From: Pseudoflavonifractor sp.
GTDB lineage: Bacteria; Bacteroidota; Bacteroidia; Bacteroidales; Muribaculaceae
Direction of reading: 5' to 3'
Length of the DNA stretch: 64,000 bases
Assembly (NCBI GenBank): GCA_023667145.1
Contig: JAMPAQ010000001.1
Location: 1,375,118 to 1,439,117, forward strand
In this document: piece after piece, positions 39,643-50,372 of the stretch
Layout of the letters: every line of letters begins with the position of its first letter
How positions within the stretch are numbered: the stretch's first letter is position 1
The notes under the pieces: generated by a model
Database searches by the model: none
What the model was told of the DNA's origin: nothing
The model's input: the letters and a program-made list of their open reading frames with translations, nothing else
Program-made: the position numbers and the translations under genes

Positions 39643-40623
39643 TCAGATAGAGAGGCGGCGCAGGGTGTTGAGCAACTCGCGGTTGATGGGCTTGTCGTTT
39701 TTGATGGCCTTTGAGAAAGGAACATAGACAATCTCGTCGTTGGCCACACCGATCATCACGTTGCGTTGGTCCTCAAGGAGCGCGTCAATCGCGGCGGCAC
39801 CCATGCGCGAGGCAAGTATACGGTCGTGAGCTGTGGGCGACCCACCGCGTTGCAGGTGGCCAAGGATGGAGACGCGCACGTCATATCCGGGATACTCGTT
39901 TTTCACGCGCTCTGCAAGTGCCATCGCGCCGCCGGTGACAGGACTCTCGGCAACGAGGACTATAGAGGAGTTCTTGGACTTGCGGAACCCGTTTTGTATA
40001 AGTTCGGCCAACTGGTCGACCTCCGTTGATATCTCGGGAATAATGGCGGCTTCGGCTCCTGAGGCTATGGCGCCGTTGAGGGCGAGGAATCCGGCATCGC
40101 GGCCCATGACCTCGATGAAGAACAGGCGCTCGTGGCTCGTGGCCGTGTCGCGTATCTTGTCGACGCACTCCATGATGGTGTTGAGCGCCGTGTCATATCC
40201 GATGGTGGTGTCGGTGCCGTAGAGGTCGTTGTCGATGGTGCCGGGGAGGCCGATGATGGGGATGTTGAACTCGTTGGCAAAGATGCGGGCGCCGGTCAGC
40301 GAACCGTCACCTCCGATGACCACGAGGGCATCAATCTCGTGACGCTTCATCGTGTCGTAGGCGAGCTGACGGCCTTCGGGAGTGCGGAACTCCTTGCAAC
40401 GGGCGGTCTTGAGGATGGTGCCACCCATCTGTATGATGTTGGAGACATTCTGGGTCTTGAATTCCTGTATCTCATCGGTGATAAGACCGCGATAGCCTCG
40501 ATAGATTCCCTTTACGCCAAAACCGGCGAATATGGCTGCGCGTGTGACGGCGCGGATGGCTGCGTTCATTCCCGGAGCATCACCTCCCGAGGTGAGTATT
40601 CCGATGTTTTTGATTCCTGCCAT
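39643..40623 (-). CDS. pfkA: ATP-dependent 6-phosphofructokinase
   Basis: 326 aa. [23 protein letters not shown] and PGTIDND motifs. Confidence 0.95.
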   Translation of the reverse strand: MAGIKNIGILTSGGDAPGMNAAIRAVTRAAIFAGFGVKGIYRGYRGLITDEIQEFKTQNVSNIIQMGGTILKTARCKEFRTPEGRQLAYDTMKRHEIDALVVIGGDGSLTGARIFANEFNIPIIGLPGTIDNDLYGTDTTIGYDTALNTIMECVDKIRDTATSHERLFFIEVMGRDAGFLALNGAIASGAEAAIIPEISTEVDQLAELIQNGFRKSKNSSIVLVAESPVTGGAMALAERVKNEYPGYDVRVSILGHLQRGGSPTAHDRILASRMGAAAIDALLEDQRNVMIGVANDEIVYVPFSKAIKNDKPINRELLNTLRRLSI

Positions 40624-40667
40624 TGTGTATAAAATAAGTATTAAGTTAGTCCGATATTATCTACACG

Positions 40668-40675
40668 CAAAGATA
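40668..40675 (-). promoter_or_regulatory. -7 box (TATCTTTG on the minus strand) for pfkA
   Basis: The plus strand reads caaagata, 45 nt upstream of the ATG at 40623. Confidence 0.5.
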
Positions 40676-40707
40676 AGGAAATAAATTAAAAATCCGTATC
40701 ATTTGTG

Positions 40708-41376
40708 TCACAATTGACCGCCCGGAGTGGCATTGAGTGAGTCATTGGCCGTATTGCTGGCCGTATCTCCGGCGGGGAGGGTGTCATCTATTGGGAGGGT
40801 GTCGCCGGCGGGTGGAGTTTCGACAGACACAGCGCTGCGGGGAGCGGTGTCATCGGCGGTGACGGCTGTGGCGACGACTGTCGAGGCCCCGCGCCACGGC
40901 AGCGAGCCGTAGTAGCGCTCGTAGGTGACGGTGACGGGTATCCCCGTGCCCTGTAGGTCGCGCATGGTCTCAAACAGCGCCGGGTCGGTGATGGAGAATG
41001 TCATGTCGCGCTGGTAGACACGCGTGGTGTCGACAAGCGCCGACTCAGTGACCATGACTCCCTCGCAGGTCTTGAAGAATATGCCCCGCCGCTCGACCGA
41101 CACGATGTAGCCCCGCACCCTTGCATCGACTATATAGGGATTGAGGTAACGGATGTAGAATGTGAGCGCCCCGGCGGCAATCACGATGAGCAGGGCCCAT
41201 GCCATCCAGCGTCTGAAGCGGTGGCGGCGCGGTTTAGGCGCGGCGGTGCTGTCGCCATTGGTGGCCGGGGAGGCAAACTCGATGTCGGGAGTGCCGTTTC
41301 CACCACCTCGGTTGCCGGTCGGGGTGGTGTCGTCTTGCGAGTCGGTGTCTATGAAGTAGTCTTTATGGTCGTCCAT
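40708..41376 (-). CDS. Hypothetical single-pass membrane protein
   Basis: 222 aa. Disordered N-terminus, one TM segment (WMAWALLIVIAAGALTFYI), a folded middle part and a low-complexity C-terminus. Confidence 0.5.
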   Translation of the reverse strand: MDDHKDYFIDTDSQDDTTPTGNRGGGNGTPDIEFASPATNGDSTAAPKPRRHRFRRWMAWALLIVIAAGALTFYIRYLNPYIVDARVRGYIVSVERRGIFFKTCEGVMVTESALVDTTRVYQRDMTFSITDPALFETMRDLQGTGIPVTVTYERYYGSLPWRGASTVVATAVTADDTAPRSAVSVETPPAGDTLPIDDTLPAGDTASNTANDSLNATPGGQL

Positions 41377-41415
41377 GATGAGTGTCGGTTATGAGGGTTG
41401 ACGATGACGCCGCCG

Positions 41416-42483
41416 TCAAGCGGTCTTGAGTGGCGCGGGAGAGGGCTTGCGGCGCTTTTCGAGCGCTATGGCGGTGAATGTGTATATGCCGAGGAGTATC
41501 AGCAGGAGGGTCTGCGAGCCGAGCACGAGGTTGGCGAACGCTCCGGCGCTTGTGGCATCGAGTCCGTAGATGCCGAGGCCGAATATCACCGCTATCTGCC
41601 ACGGGCCGATGCCGCCGTTGGAGGGAATGCCCATGGATATGCTCGACAGCACGAAGCCCACGAGAGCGGCTATGGCTCCATATTGCTCAAGGATATGGGT
41701 CGTGAACGGGAAGGCGTAGAACGCGACGTAGAACTGTGTGAAGTAGCATCCCCACAGGCAGACAGTCAGCAAAAGCCAACGACCCTTGCCCGGCATGGTG
41801 GCTATCACGGCAAAACCCTCCCAAAGCTCCTTTATGGCCTTGCGCACCTTGAGGACGAGGCCACTGGAGGTCTTGCGGGTGAAAAACCACCACAGGAAGA
41901 CGACACACGCCACGAGTCCAATCCATGTCCACGGGGAGGTAGCGATGGATACGAGGCCGGTGTAGACACCGGGATACTTCTGGACAAACTGCATCAACGC
42001 GCTGCCGGCGAGCAGGAATGTCACTACCGTCAGCAGAGCCACTGTGACCGTGTCGGCCAGGCGGTCGGCGACCATAGAGCCAAAGACAGTGGTGAACGGG
42101 GCGTTCTGCCGCTGGGCTATGTAGCCCGTGCGCCACACCTCGCCAAGTCGCGGGAACACGAGGTTGACGGCATAGGTGCCAAAAATGCTGTAGACCACAT
42201 TGATCAACGGCGGGTTGACCCCGAGGGCCTGTAGCTGGATGCGCCACCGCATGGCACGGAATACATGGGAGAAGATGCTGATGAACAGAGCGAGACCTAT
42301 CCACCAGAAATTGCAGTCGCGCTTGATGATGGCGACCATCTCGTTGAAGTCGATGCCGGTAAACAGGAGGTAGCAGAGTCCCACGGTGATGACCAGCGGG
42401 AGGCCGTATTTCATGAGCGGCGAGAGTATCTTCTTGAAGTTGGACTTTTCCAATGTATGTGATTTTAATGTGTCAGATTGCAA
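41416..42483 (-). CDS. Flippase-like / LPG-synthase TM-domain (UPF0104) membrane protein
   Basis: 355 aa and polytopic. The N-terminus (KKILSPLMKYGLPLVITVGLCYLLF) is typical of the family. The annotated start is TTG, so the exact start is uncertain. Confidence 0.6.
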   Translation of the reverse strand: MQSDTLKSHTLEKSNFKKILSPLMKYGLPLVITVGLCYLLFTGIDFNEMVAIIKRDCNFWWIGLALFISIFSHVFRAMRWRIQLQALGVNPPLINVVYSIFGTYAVNLVFPRLGEVWRTGYIAQRQNAPFTTVFGSMVADRLADTVTVALLTVVTFLLAGSALMQFVQKYPGVYTGLVSIATSPWTWIGLVACVVFLWWFFTRKTSSGLVLKVRKAIKELWEGFAVIATMPGKGRWLLLTVCLWGCYFTQFYVAFYAFPFTTHILEQYGAIAALVGFVLSSISMGIPSNGGIGPWQIAVIFGLGIYGLDATSAGAFANLVLGSQTLLLILLGIYTFTAIALEKRRKPSPAPLKTA

Positions 42484-42530
42484 ATGTACTCATAAAATCG
42501 GTTGCCGAGTGCAAAAACTCAAAATATATC

Positions 42531-42570
42531 GAAAAAAAGAGCCCATCGTCCGGGTGGGGGATGATGGGCT
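42531..42570 (-). terminator. Intrinsic terminator of the RND efflux operon
   Basis: 12-bp stem agcccatcgtcc / gggatgatgggct region. On the minus strand it is followed by CTTTTTTTC. Confidence 0.75.
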
Positions 42571-42672
42571 GAGAAGGTTTCGACATCTTGGGTCTTTGAC
42601 TTTTTAATAACGTCAGCAAAATACCTTCTCTTGTCTATAATAACGCGGCAAGAGGTGAATGGTTCATGGCCG

Positions 42673-45600
42673 CTATGGATTTGCCGAGGTGTCGGCAGAG
42701 TCAGTGCCGTTGTCACCGGCGGGAAGGTCCTTGAGCGTACCGAAGATACCGGCGAGGTGCTTCTGCCGGAAATTCTCAAGCAATTCCCAGAAGTTGGGGA
42801 CAAACAGGGTGCCGACGACGGCATTGATGAACATACCGAACACTACCGCCGTGCCAAGGGCTATGCGGCTCTCTGCTCCCGCGCCTGTTGCAAAGAGCAT
42901 GGGCATGACACCGAACACAAAGGCCATCGCTGTCATCATGATGGGACGGAATCGGATGCGGCCTGCGTCGAGGGCGGCTTGGCGCACGGGCTGTCCCGCC
43001 TTGCGGAAGTCTATGGCATACTCGACGATAAGGATGGCGTTCTTGGCCGAGAGTCCGAGCAACAGGATGATACCGATCTGGGTGTAGATACTGATGCTCT
43101 GACTCATGATGACACAGCCGATCATCGTGCCGAGGATGGCGGTAGGCATACTGATGACCACCGCGATAGGGTCGGTCCAGCTCTCATACTGGGCGGCGAG
43201 GACAAGTATGGTGATGAGGATGGCAAAGAGCAGCACCATCGTGACGGTTGTGCCCGCCTGGGTCTCCTGATAAGCCTCGCCGGTCCATGCAAACGAGTAG
43301 TTGGCTCCGAGGGTCTTCTCGACAATCTCCTCCATCGCCTTTATGCCGTCGCTTGAACTGGTGCCCCTGGCGGGGGTGGCGGTGACAGCTGCGGTGGAGT
43401 ACATGTTATATCGGCTCTCGGTCGCCTGTCCGAACGTCTCGACTACCCGGGTGAACGACGAGAACGGCACCATCTCGCCATCGGCATTTCTCACGCTTAG
43501 TTTCGACACGTCCTCTATCGTGCTGCGGGCGAGGGCATCGGCTTTGACATTGACCTGATATACACGGCCAAACTCAACAAAATCGTTGACATAGCTGCCG
43601 CCCATGTAGGCCGCGAGGGTCGAGAAGACGGATGACAGTGTGAGTCCCTGCAACTCGACCTTGTCACGGTCGATGTCGAGGCGGTATTGAGGCACCTCCC
43701 CCTCGTAGAGTGAGGTGACCGAGGCGATGCGTGGGTCTTTGGCGGCCTCCTGTTGTATGGCCGCGACGGCTTTCTGCATCTCGGCCGCGCCGAGATTGTT
43801 GATGTCGAGAAGCTGCATCTCAAGCCCCGACGACATGCCGAGTCCCGGGATGGCGGGAGGATTGATGGCAAATATTATGGCATCCTGTATCCCTGCTCCG
43901 ATCTCCTCGATGCGGGCGATGATGTCGTTGACACCCTCGTCCTTGTGTTTGCGGTCACTCCATGGCTCCAGCACGACAAACATCGAGCCGAGATTGCTGC
44001 CGGCACCTCCGGCCATGAATGAGAATCCCGATATGGAGATCACATCCTTGACCCCCGGAAGCTGCATGATGTCTTTTTCGAGTTGGTCGACAGTCTTCTG
44101 CGTGCGGTCGAGTGACGCGCCGGTCGGGAGCTGCACCGAGGCCATGCAGTATCCCATATCTTCTGACGGGACGTATGATGTAGGCCACTTGGTAAATGTC
44201 CAGAAGGCCGCGCCGGTGAGCAAGAGGTATATCAGTATGGCCAGTTTGGGGCGTTTTAGGAAGCGCTCGACGATGTTCATGTAGCCGCCGAGGGTCTTGT
44301 TGTAGCCTTTGTTAAACCAACGGTAGATGAAGAAGTTGGACTGCTTGCGCGGCTTGAGGAACAACGAGCACATGGCGGGGGTGAATGTCAGGGCGTTGAA
44401 GCCTGAGAATGCGGTCGAGACGGCGATGGTCAATGCAAATTGCTTATAAAGCTCGCCCGTGATGCCGCTGATGAACGCCGTGGGTATGAATACCGAGAGC
44501 AGCACGAGCACCTCGCCGATGACGGGGCCTTGCAGCTCCTGCATGGCCTTCTCTGCGGCCTGCTTGCGGTTGAGCTTGCCCTCGTCGACAAGTCGGGCGC
44601 AATCCTCCACCACCACTATGGCGTCATCGACCACAATGGCGATGGCAAGCACAAGTCCAAAGAGGGTCAGCGTGTTGAGCGTGAATCCGAGAAGTTTCAT
44701 CACGGCAAATGTGGCTATTAGCGAGACCGGGATGGTGAGCATCGGGATGATGACCGTGCGCCAGTTCTGTAGGAACAGCAGTATCACTATCATCACGATG
44801 AGCACGGTCTCGACAAATGTCACGACCACCTCGTCGATGGAGGCGCTGACAAACTCGGTCGTGTCGAGGATGACGCGGTACTTGACACCCGGTGGGAAGT
44901 ACCGTTCAAGTTCGGCGAGCTTCTTCTCCACCTCCTTGGCCACGGTGAGGGCGTTGGCACCCGGTGTCTGGTAGACACCGAGCAATCCGGCCTGTTGGCC
45001 TGACACCTGTGATGTGGCCGAGTAGCTCTCGCTGCCGAGGTCGATGCGGGCTATGTCGCGTAGACGCAGTATGCTGCCGTCGGAGTTGGTCTTGATGATG
45101 ATGTCGCCAAACTGGGTTGAGGTAGTCAGGCGCCCCTTGGAGGTGAGGGTGAACTGGAATGCCTCGCCTGACGACTGCGGGGGTTCGCCGACACTACCGG
45201 CCGAGACCTCCATGTTCTGTGACTGGATGGCGGCCACGACATCGGCTGGTGTCACGCCGCGCACCTGCATCACGTCGGGGTCGAGCCACACCCTCATGCT
45301 GTACTCGCCGGCACCGAACGCGTCGACACCGCCTACGCCCGGGAGGCGCGACAGCTCGTCAACGATGTTGAGCTTGGCATAGTTGGTCAGGTAGAGGGCA
45401 TCGTAGCGTGACGGGTCGTCGCTCTCAAGGGCGATGAACAGCACGATGTTGGTCGAGCGCGACGACACGGAGACACCCTGCTGCTTGACGCTCGACGGGA
45501 GGGTAGGCTCGGCGAGCGACACGCGGTTCTGTACCTTGACGGTGGCCATGTCGAGGTCGGTGCCGGTCTCGAATGTCACTGTCAGGCTGTAGCTGCCGTC

Positions 45601-45855
45601 ACTGCCCGAGCTGCTGCTCATGTACATCATGCCCTCGATGCCGTTGACCTGCTCCTCGATGGGCACGCCGACGGTCTTGGCGACGGTTTCGGCATCGGCT
45701 CCGGGATAGGAGGCTGAGACCTGCACGGTGGGTGGGGTTATGTCGGGATATTGGGCCACGGGTAGCGTGGTCACTGTTATGAGGCCGACAATCACCATGA
45801 GGATGGCGATGACGGTCGCGAATATCGGTCGGTCTATAAAAAATCGTGAAAGCAT
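42673..45855 (-). CDS. RND efflux permease (AcrB/MexB family)
   Basis: 1060 aa. [22 protein letters not shown]-terminus with 12-TM RND architecture. Confidence 0.95.
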   Translation of the reverse strand: MLSRFFIDRPIFATVIAILMVIVGLITVTTLPVAQYPDITPPTVQVSASYPGADAETVAKTVGVPIEEQVNGIEGMMYMSSSSGSDGSYSLTVTFETGTDLDMATVKVQNRVSLAEPTLPSSVKQQGVSVSSRSTNIVLFIALESDDPSRYDALYLTNYAKLNIVDELSRLPGVGGVDAFGAGEYSMRVWLDPDVMQVRGVTPADVVAAIQSQNMEVSAGSVGEPPQSSGEAFQFTLTSKGRLTTSTQFGDIIIKTNSDGSILRLRDIARIDLGSESYSATSQVSGQQAGLLGVYQTPGANALTVAKEVEKKLAELERYFPPGVKYRVILDTTEFVSASIDEVVVTFVETVLIVMIVILLFLQNWRTVIIPMLTIPVSLIATFAVMKLLGFTLNTLTLFGLVLAIAIVVDDAIVVVEDCARLVDEGKLNRKQAAEKAMQELQGPVIGEVLVLLSVFIPTAFISGITGELYKQFALTIAVSTAFSGFNALTFTPAMCSLFLKPRKQSNFFIYRWFNKGYNKTLGGYMNIVERFLKRPKLAILIYLLLTGAAFWTFTKWPTSYVPSEDMGYCMASVQLPTGASLDRTQKTVDQLEKDIMQLPGVKDVISISGFSFMAGGAGSNLGSMFVVLEPWSDRKHKDEGVNDIIARIEEIGAGIQDAIIFAINPPAIPGLGMSSGLEMQLLDINNLGAAEMQKAVAAIQQEAAKDPRIASVTSLYEGEVPQYRLDIDRDKVELQGLTLSSVFSTLAAYMGGSYVNDFVEFGRVYQVNVKADALARSTIEDVSKLSVRNADGEMVPFSSFTRVVETFGQATESRYNMYSTAAVTATPARGTSSSDGIKAMEEIVEKTLGANYSFAWTGEAYQETQAGTTVTMVLLFAILITILVLAAQYESWTDPIAVVISMPTAILGTMIGCVIMSQSISIYTQIGIILLLGLSAKNAILIVEYAIDFRKAGQPVRQAALDAGRIRFRPIMMTAMAFVFGVMPMLFATGAGAESRIALGTAVVFGMFINAVVGTLFVPNFWELLENFRQKHLAGIFGTLKDLPAGDNGTDSADTSANP

Positions 45856-45886
45856 ATTTCCGGGACTTTAGGTGGACGATTGCCGG

Positions 45887-47008
45887 TTACTTGGTGAGCA
45901 CAGGCTTGATTTCCATGCCGTTCCTTACCTTGAGCATGGCCTTGGTGACATAGCGGGTGTCGGGGGTGATGCCCTCGGTGACGATGCGCATCGAGTCGCG
46001 GAACAGTTCCCCTACCTTTATCGGGGTATAGACGACCTTGTTGGAGTCGTTGACCGTGTAGAGGTATTTACCGAGTTGGTCGGTGCCGATGGAGGCATCC
46101 TTGACAAGTATTGCCTTGGGATTCTCGCCGTAAGGGAGCATGATTGTCACGTACATGCCGGCGCGGAGCTCACCGTAGGGATTCTTGATCATTGCACGGG
46201 TCTTGAGCGCCCCGGTGCTTTTGTCAATCTCGGGCGACATATAGTTGAGGTCGCCGGTATACTTGTGGGGAAGTGTCTCGGAGAATGTGATGGGTATCTT
46301 GGTAAAGTCGATGCCCTCCTGGTTCTTGCCACCGTTGGCAATCATCTTGAGATACTGGTTGTCCTCGATGAAGAAAAAGGCATACATCTCGCTGTCATCG
46401 TAGATGGTGGCGAGTTTGACAGGTGAGGCGCCCCCGCTGAGATATGCGCCAGGGTCGGGAATACCGCTCGACACGTGGCCGGCAAACGGGGCGCGGACGG
46501 TGCAGTAGCTGAGCGTGGTCAGAGCTGTCTCAAGGGCGGCCTGGGCGTTCTTGATGTCGGCCTCGCTTTGGCGCATGTTGCTCTCGGCCTGTACGACTTC
46601 CATCTGTGACACGGCATCGGACTGCAAGGCTTTCTTGACCGCCTCGTAGTGGTTGGTGGCATAGACGTTGGCGCTCTTGGCGCTCTCAAGCTGGGCACGT
46701 GCCTGAGTGACGGCGTCGCGGTATTGGGTGTCCTCGATGTGGAAGAGTACCTGTCCGGCCTGGACGAAGTCGCCGCCATTGTAGCTCTGTGACTTCAGGT
46801 AGCCGTTTACGCGGGCCACGAGGTCGACGGTGGCCTTTGCCGACAGGTAGCCGGGATAGCTCTTGTGGAGCACGACAGAGTCAATCTCGACCTTGGCGAC
46901 ATCTATCGGCTCGGGGCCTGACTGCTGTGAGCTGTCCTTGTGGTGGCATCCTGTCATTACCGCGCCCATGAGCGCGAGCGCTATGATGCTGTGTATTGAT
47001 GCTTTCAT
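45887..47008 (-). CDS. RND efflux periplasmic adaptor (MFP) subunit
   Basis: 373 aa. Lipoprotein-like N-terminus (MTGC), coiled-coil hairpin and beta-barrel layout. It lies between the OMF and RND genes. Confidence 0.88.
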   Translation of the reverse strand: MKASIHSIIALALMGAVMTGCHHKDSSQQSGPEPIDVAKVEIDSVVLHKSYPGYLSAKATVDLVARVNGYLKSQSYNGGDFVQAGQVLFHIEDTQYRDAVTQARAQLESAKSANVYATNHYEAVKKALQSDAVSQMEVVQAESNMRQSEADIKNAQAALETALTTLSYCTVRAPFAGHVSSGIPDPGAYLSGGASPVKLATIYDDSEMYAFFFIEDNQYLKMIANGGKNQEGIDFTKIPITFSETLPHKYTGDLNYMSPEIDKSTGALKTRAMIKNPYGELRAGMYVTIMLPYGENPKAILVKDASIGTDQLGKYLYTVNDSNKVVYTPIKVGELFRDSMRIVTEGITPDTRYVTKAMLKVRNGMEIKPVLTK

Positions 47009-47041
47009 CGTATGTGGGTGTTTACTGGGTGAATGTTTGTG

Positions 47042-48463
47042 TTATCTTTGTATCGCGTCGTTGTTGATCCACCCGCCGCCGAGTGACTGGTAGAGCGACA
47101 CGAGGGCCATGGCGGCCTGGGCACGTGCGGTGGTCAGCGAGAGCGCGTTCTCAAGGAGTGACATCTGTGCGTCGACGACATTTGAGAACGCCGTGAGTCC
47201 TTGCTTGTAGAGGTCGACCGACAGGTCCAATGATTTCTTGCTCTGCTCTATCACCATGTTTGTGGCATCAATCTTGCGCAGGGCGTAGCGGTATGACGAC
47301 ATGGCATTGTCGACCTCCTGCACGGCTGTTATGACTGTCAGGTTGTAGTTGTCGATGCCGGCCAGCATCTGCTCTTTGGCCGATGCCACTGCATAGCGGC
47401 GTGACAGTCCGCTGAACACAGTCCACGACAGTGTGGGAGCAATCGTGTAGCTGAAGGATTGGTCGGTGAACAGGTCGCCGGCTCGGTGGGCCGAGGTGCC
47501 GATGGAGCCGTTGAGCGACAGGGTTGGCAGGAAGTCTTTCTTGGCCACGCCAAGTTCGGCGGCATACTCGGCGAGCTGCCATTCGGCGGTCACGATGTCG
47601 GGGCGCCGTCTGAGCAATTCCATCGGGATGCCGACCGCAGGTATCTGCCGGTAATCGGGGATGCCGGTGTAGGCCGTCAGACGGGGAATGATGGCCTCGG
47701 GATATACGCCGAGCAGGACGGCAAGCGATGTCATCGAGGCGTTTATCGAGTTCTCAAGCGAGGGGATGGCGGCGAGGGTAGTGTAGTAGACAGTCCGGGC
47801 CTGTGACACGTCGAGCATAGAGGCGAGTCCGGCCTCATGGCGTGCCTCGGTGATTTTCACCACTTTCTCCTGGGAGGCGAGATGCTCCCGCGAGACAGCA
47901 AGCTCGCTCTGGTACATGCGCAGCTCGATGTATGCCTTGGCGATGTTGGCGGCTACCGACACCATGGCAGCGTCACGGTCGGCCCGGGTGGCGTTGAGCT
48001 GTGCCTTCTTGGCCTTGGCGGCGGCTGTGATCTTGCCAAACACGTCAATCTCCCAGCTCATTGAGAGTCCGAGCGAGAAGTAATCGACTGTGGTGGCGGG
48101 ATGTACCGGGGCGGTGGTTGCCCCGGATGTCCGGGCTTTCTGCCATCCGGCATCGAGGCTGATCTGCGGGAAATATTCCGACCGTGTCGAGAGCAAGGTG
48201 TTACGAGCTATCTCGATGCGGCGTGCGGCCATCAACAGATTGTAGTTGTTGGCCTCCCCCTCGGCTACGAGCGAGTCGAGGAGGGGGTCATCGAACGTCT
48301 TCCACCAAGCGTCGTCAGACGGAGGGAGCGGGTTGAAGTTCTCAACGTAGGTCCACCGTTCGGGGAGGGAGTCGTTGAGGTATCTCGCGGGATTGCCGGC
48401 CATTGAGGCCGACACACCCGTGACGACATAAATAAACAGTTGAATGAAACGTGTGTAGTGCAT
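47042..48463 (-). CDS. TolC-family efflux outer membrane factor
   Basis: 473 aa. Two OEP-type repeats. It is the first gene of the OMF-MFP-RND operon. Confidence 0.85.
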   Translation of the reverse strand: MHYTRFIQLFIYVVTGVSASMAGNPARYLNDSLPERWTYVENFNPLPPSDDAWWKTFDDPLLDSLVAEGEANNYNLLMAARRIEIARNTLLSTRSEYFPQISLDAGWQKARTSGATTAPVHPATTVDYFSLGLSMSWEIDVFGKITAAAKAKKAQLNATRADRDAAMVSVAANIAKAYIELRMYQSELAVSREHLASQEKVVKITEARHEAGLASMLDVSQARTVYYTTLAAIPSLENSINASMTSLAVLLGVYPEAIIPRLTAYTGIPDYRQIPAVGIPMELLRRRPDIVTAEWQLAEYAAELGVAKKDFLPTLSLNGSIGTSAHRAGDLFTDQSFSYTIAPTLSWTVFSGLSRRYAVASAKEQMLAGIDNYNLTVITAVQEVDNAMSSYRYALRKIDATNMVIEQSKKSLDLSVDLYKQGLTAFSNVVDAQMSLLENALSLTTARAQAAMALVSLYQSLGGGWINNDAIQR

Positions 48464-48562
48464 ATCATAAAATTGACCCCTGTCGAGGTGTATTCTATGA
48501 TATAACTATCGCCGCCCCCAGTGCGTTCACATACCTCCACCCATTTTTAGAAAATTTTCATT

Positions 48563-50026
48563 TTACTTCTTCTTGGCGGGGTCACAAGTGAGGCCAACTC
48601 CAAGTTTCTTGAATATTTTGCGGTCAACCTCGCCGAGCATGACGGTCGAGTGCATCTGGCATCCGTTGAGCTCGGGTAACATGCGGAGTGCCTGACGGCA
48701 GTTGTCGTCATGAGTGCTGAGGACCGACAGCGCCACGAGCACCTCGTCGGTGTGGAGACGGCGGTTGCGGCTGTGTAGATAGTTTATCTTTGTGTGCTGT
48801 ATCGGCTCAATCATATGCTGTGGTATCAGCTTGACGCTGTGGTCGATACCGGCAAGATGCTTGATGGCGTTGAGGATGAGGGCGGCGCTCGGGCCAAGCA
48901 GCTCGCTTGTCTCGGCGGTGATTATGGTGCCGTCGGGGAGCTCCATGGCCGAACATGGCACGCCACTGCGCTCGGCGCGGTCTTTGGCGGCCTTGATGGG
49001 GCGGCGGTAGGAGGTGTCAATCTTGGTTTGCTTGAACAACAGGGCGATCTTGTTGACCTCACTGTCGTTTCCATCCCCCTGTGCCAGCGAGTTGAGGGCG
49101 GTGTAGTAGCGGCGTATGATTTCGTTTTTGGAGGCGTCGCAGCATACTGCGTCGTCGCTGATGCAAAATCCTACCATGTTGACCCCCATGTCGGTCGGGG
49201 ACTTGTAGGGGTTCTCGCCATATATCCCCTCAAAGAGGGCGTTGAGCACCGGGAATATCTCTATGTCGCGGTTATAGTTGATGGCGGTCTTGCCGTATGC
49301 CTCAAGGTGGAAGGGGTCAATCATGTTGACATCGTTGAGGTCGGCTGTGGCGGCTTCGTAGGCTATGTTGACGGGATGCTTGAGCGGAAGGCTCCAGACG
49401 GGGAACGTCTCAAACTTGGCATATCCGGCCTCCACGCCGCGCTTGTGTTCGTTGTAGAGCTGGCTGAGGCAGACGGCCATCTTGCCGCTGCCGGGGCCGG
49501 GGGCGGTGACGATGACGAGGGGGCGGGTAGTCTCGATGTAGTCGTTGTGGCCAAATCCCTCGTCTGAGGCAATGAGGCCGACATTGGTCGGGTAGCCCTC
49601 GATCGTGTAGTGGTAATATGTCGTGATGCCCATGCGCTCAAGGCGCTGGCGGTAGGCATCGGCGCTTATCTGGCCGTTGTAATGGGTAATCACCACCGAG
49701 CTTACGAGAAATCCTCGTGCCTGAAACTCACTGCGTAACCGCAGCACGTCCATGTCATAGGTGATGCCGAGGTCGTTGCGCACCTTGTTTTTCTCGATGT
49801 CGAGGGCGCTGATCACTATCACTATCTCGGCGTGGTCGCGCAGCTGTTGCAGCATCTTGAGCTTGCTGTCAGGCTGGAAGCCGGGCAAGACACGGCTCGC
49901 ATGATGGTCGTCGAAGAGTTTTCCCCCGAGTTCGAGGTAGAGTTTATTGCCAAACTGAGCTATGCGCTCCTTGATGTGTTCGGACTGTATCCGAAGGTAC
50001 TTGTCGTTGTCAAATCCGCGTTTCAT
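48563..50026 (-). CDS. DUF1846 (UPF0371) family protein
   Basis: The ATG at 50026 gives MKRGFDNDKYLRIQSEHIKERI... (the ORF-track start at 50038 is TTG). Length and N-terminus are typical of the family. Confidence 0.7.
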   Translation of the reverse strand: MKRGFDNDKYLRIQSEHIKERIAQFGNKLYLELGGKLFDDHHASRVLPGFQPDSKLKMLQQLRDHAEIVIVISALDIEKNKVRNDLGITYDMDVLRLRSEFQARGFLVSSVVITHYNGQISADAYRQRLERMGITTYYHYTIEGYPTNVGLIASDEGFGHNDYIETTRPLVIVTAPGPGSGKMAVCLSQLYNEHKRGVEAGYAKFETFPVWSLPLKHPVNIAYEAATADLNDVNMIDPFHLEAYGKTAINYNRDIEIFPVLNALFEGIYGENPYKSPTDMGVNMVGFCISDDAVCCDASKNEIIRRYYTALNSLAQGDGNDSEVNKIALLFKQTKIDTSYRRPIKAAKDRAERSGVPCSAMELPDGTIITAETSELLGPSAALILNAIKHLAGIDHSVKLIPQHMIEPIQHTKINYLHSRNRRLHTDEVLVALSVLSTHDDNCRQALRMLPELNGCQMHSTVMLGEVDRKIFKKLGVGLTCDPAKKK

Positions 50027-50114
50027 AACGGATTGCAAAGTTAGTGCTTTTTGCCGACACCGCCAAGCGCTGTCGCGTTATGAGGGTGTCCCAAAACTTA
50101 AAATCATCGTATTG

Positions 50115-50216
50115 CTGTAGGGCTGCACTATGGTGCAGCCGCTGTCTATCAATGTGTTATGAGACTGATGTACCAGGGCACATCCCTACTTTGGAGGTGT
50201 TGCAACACCTCCCTAC
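50115..50216. repeat. Structured intergenic element, copy 2
   Basis: ctgtaggg, then ggctgcac-tatg-gtgcagcc, a spacer, gatgt-accagggc-acatc, ccctac, and an extra hairpin ggaggtgttgcaacacctcc followed by ctac. Confidence 0.65.
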
Positions 50217-50307
50217 AAATATTTGATTGTCAATATTTCTGATTGGCTGGATAGTTGCCTCTTAGGGGGGTGGCCGATAATATGTGTTAGCAGACATTGT
50301 GGCCAAC

Positions 50308-50346
50308 CCTAAAAATGACGGAGGAGACCATTTGGCCTCCTCCGTC
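50308..50346 (-). terminator. Intrinsic terminator of pckA
   Basis: gacggaggag / ctcctccgtc 10-bp stem. On the minus strand it is followed by CATTTTTAG. Confidence 0.65.
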
Positions 50347-50372
50347 GTGTCGTTTCTTATAGTCTTGGGCTA

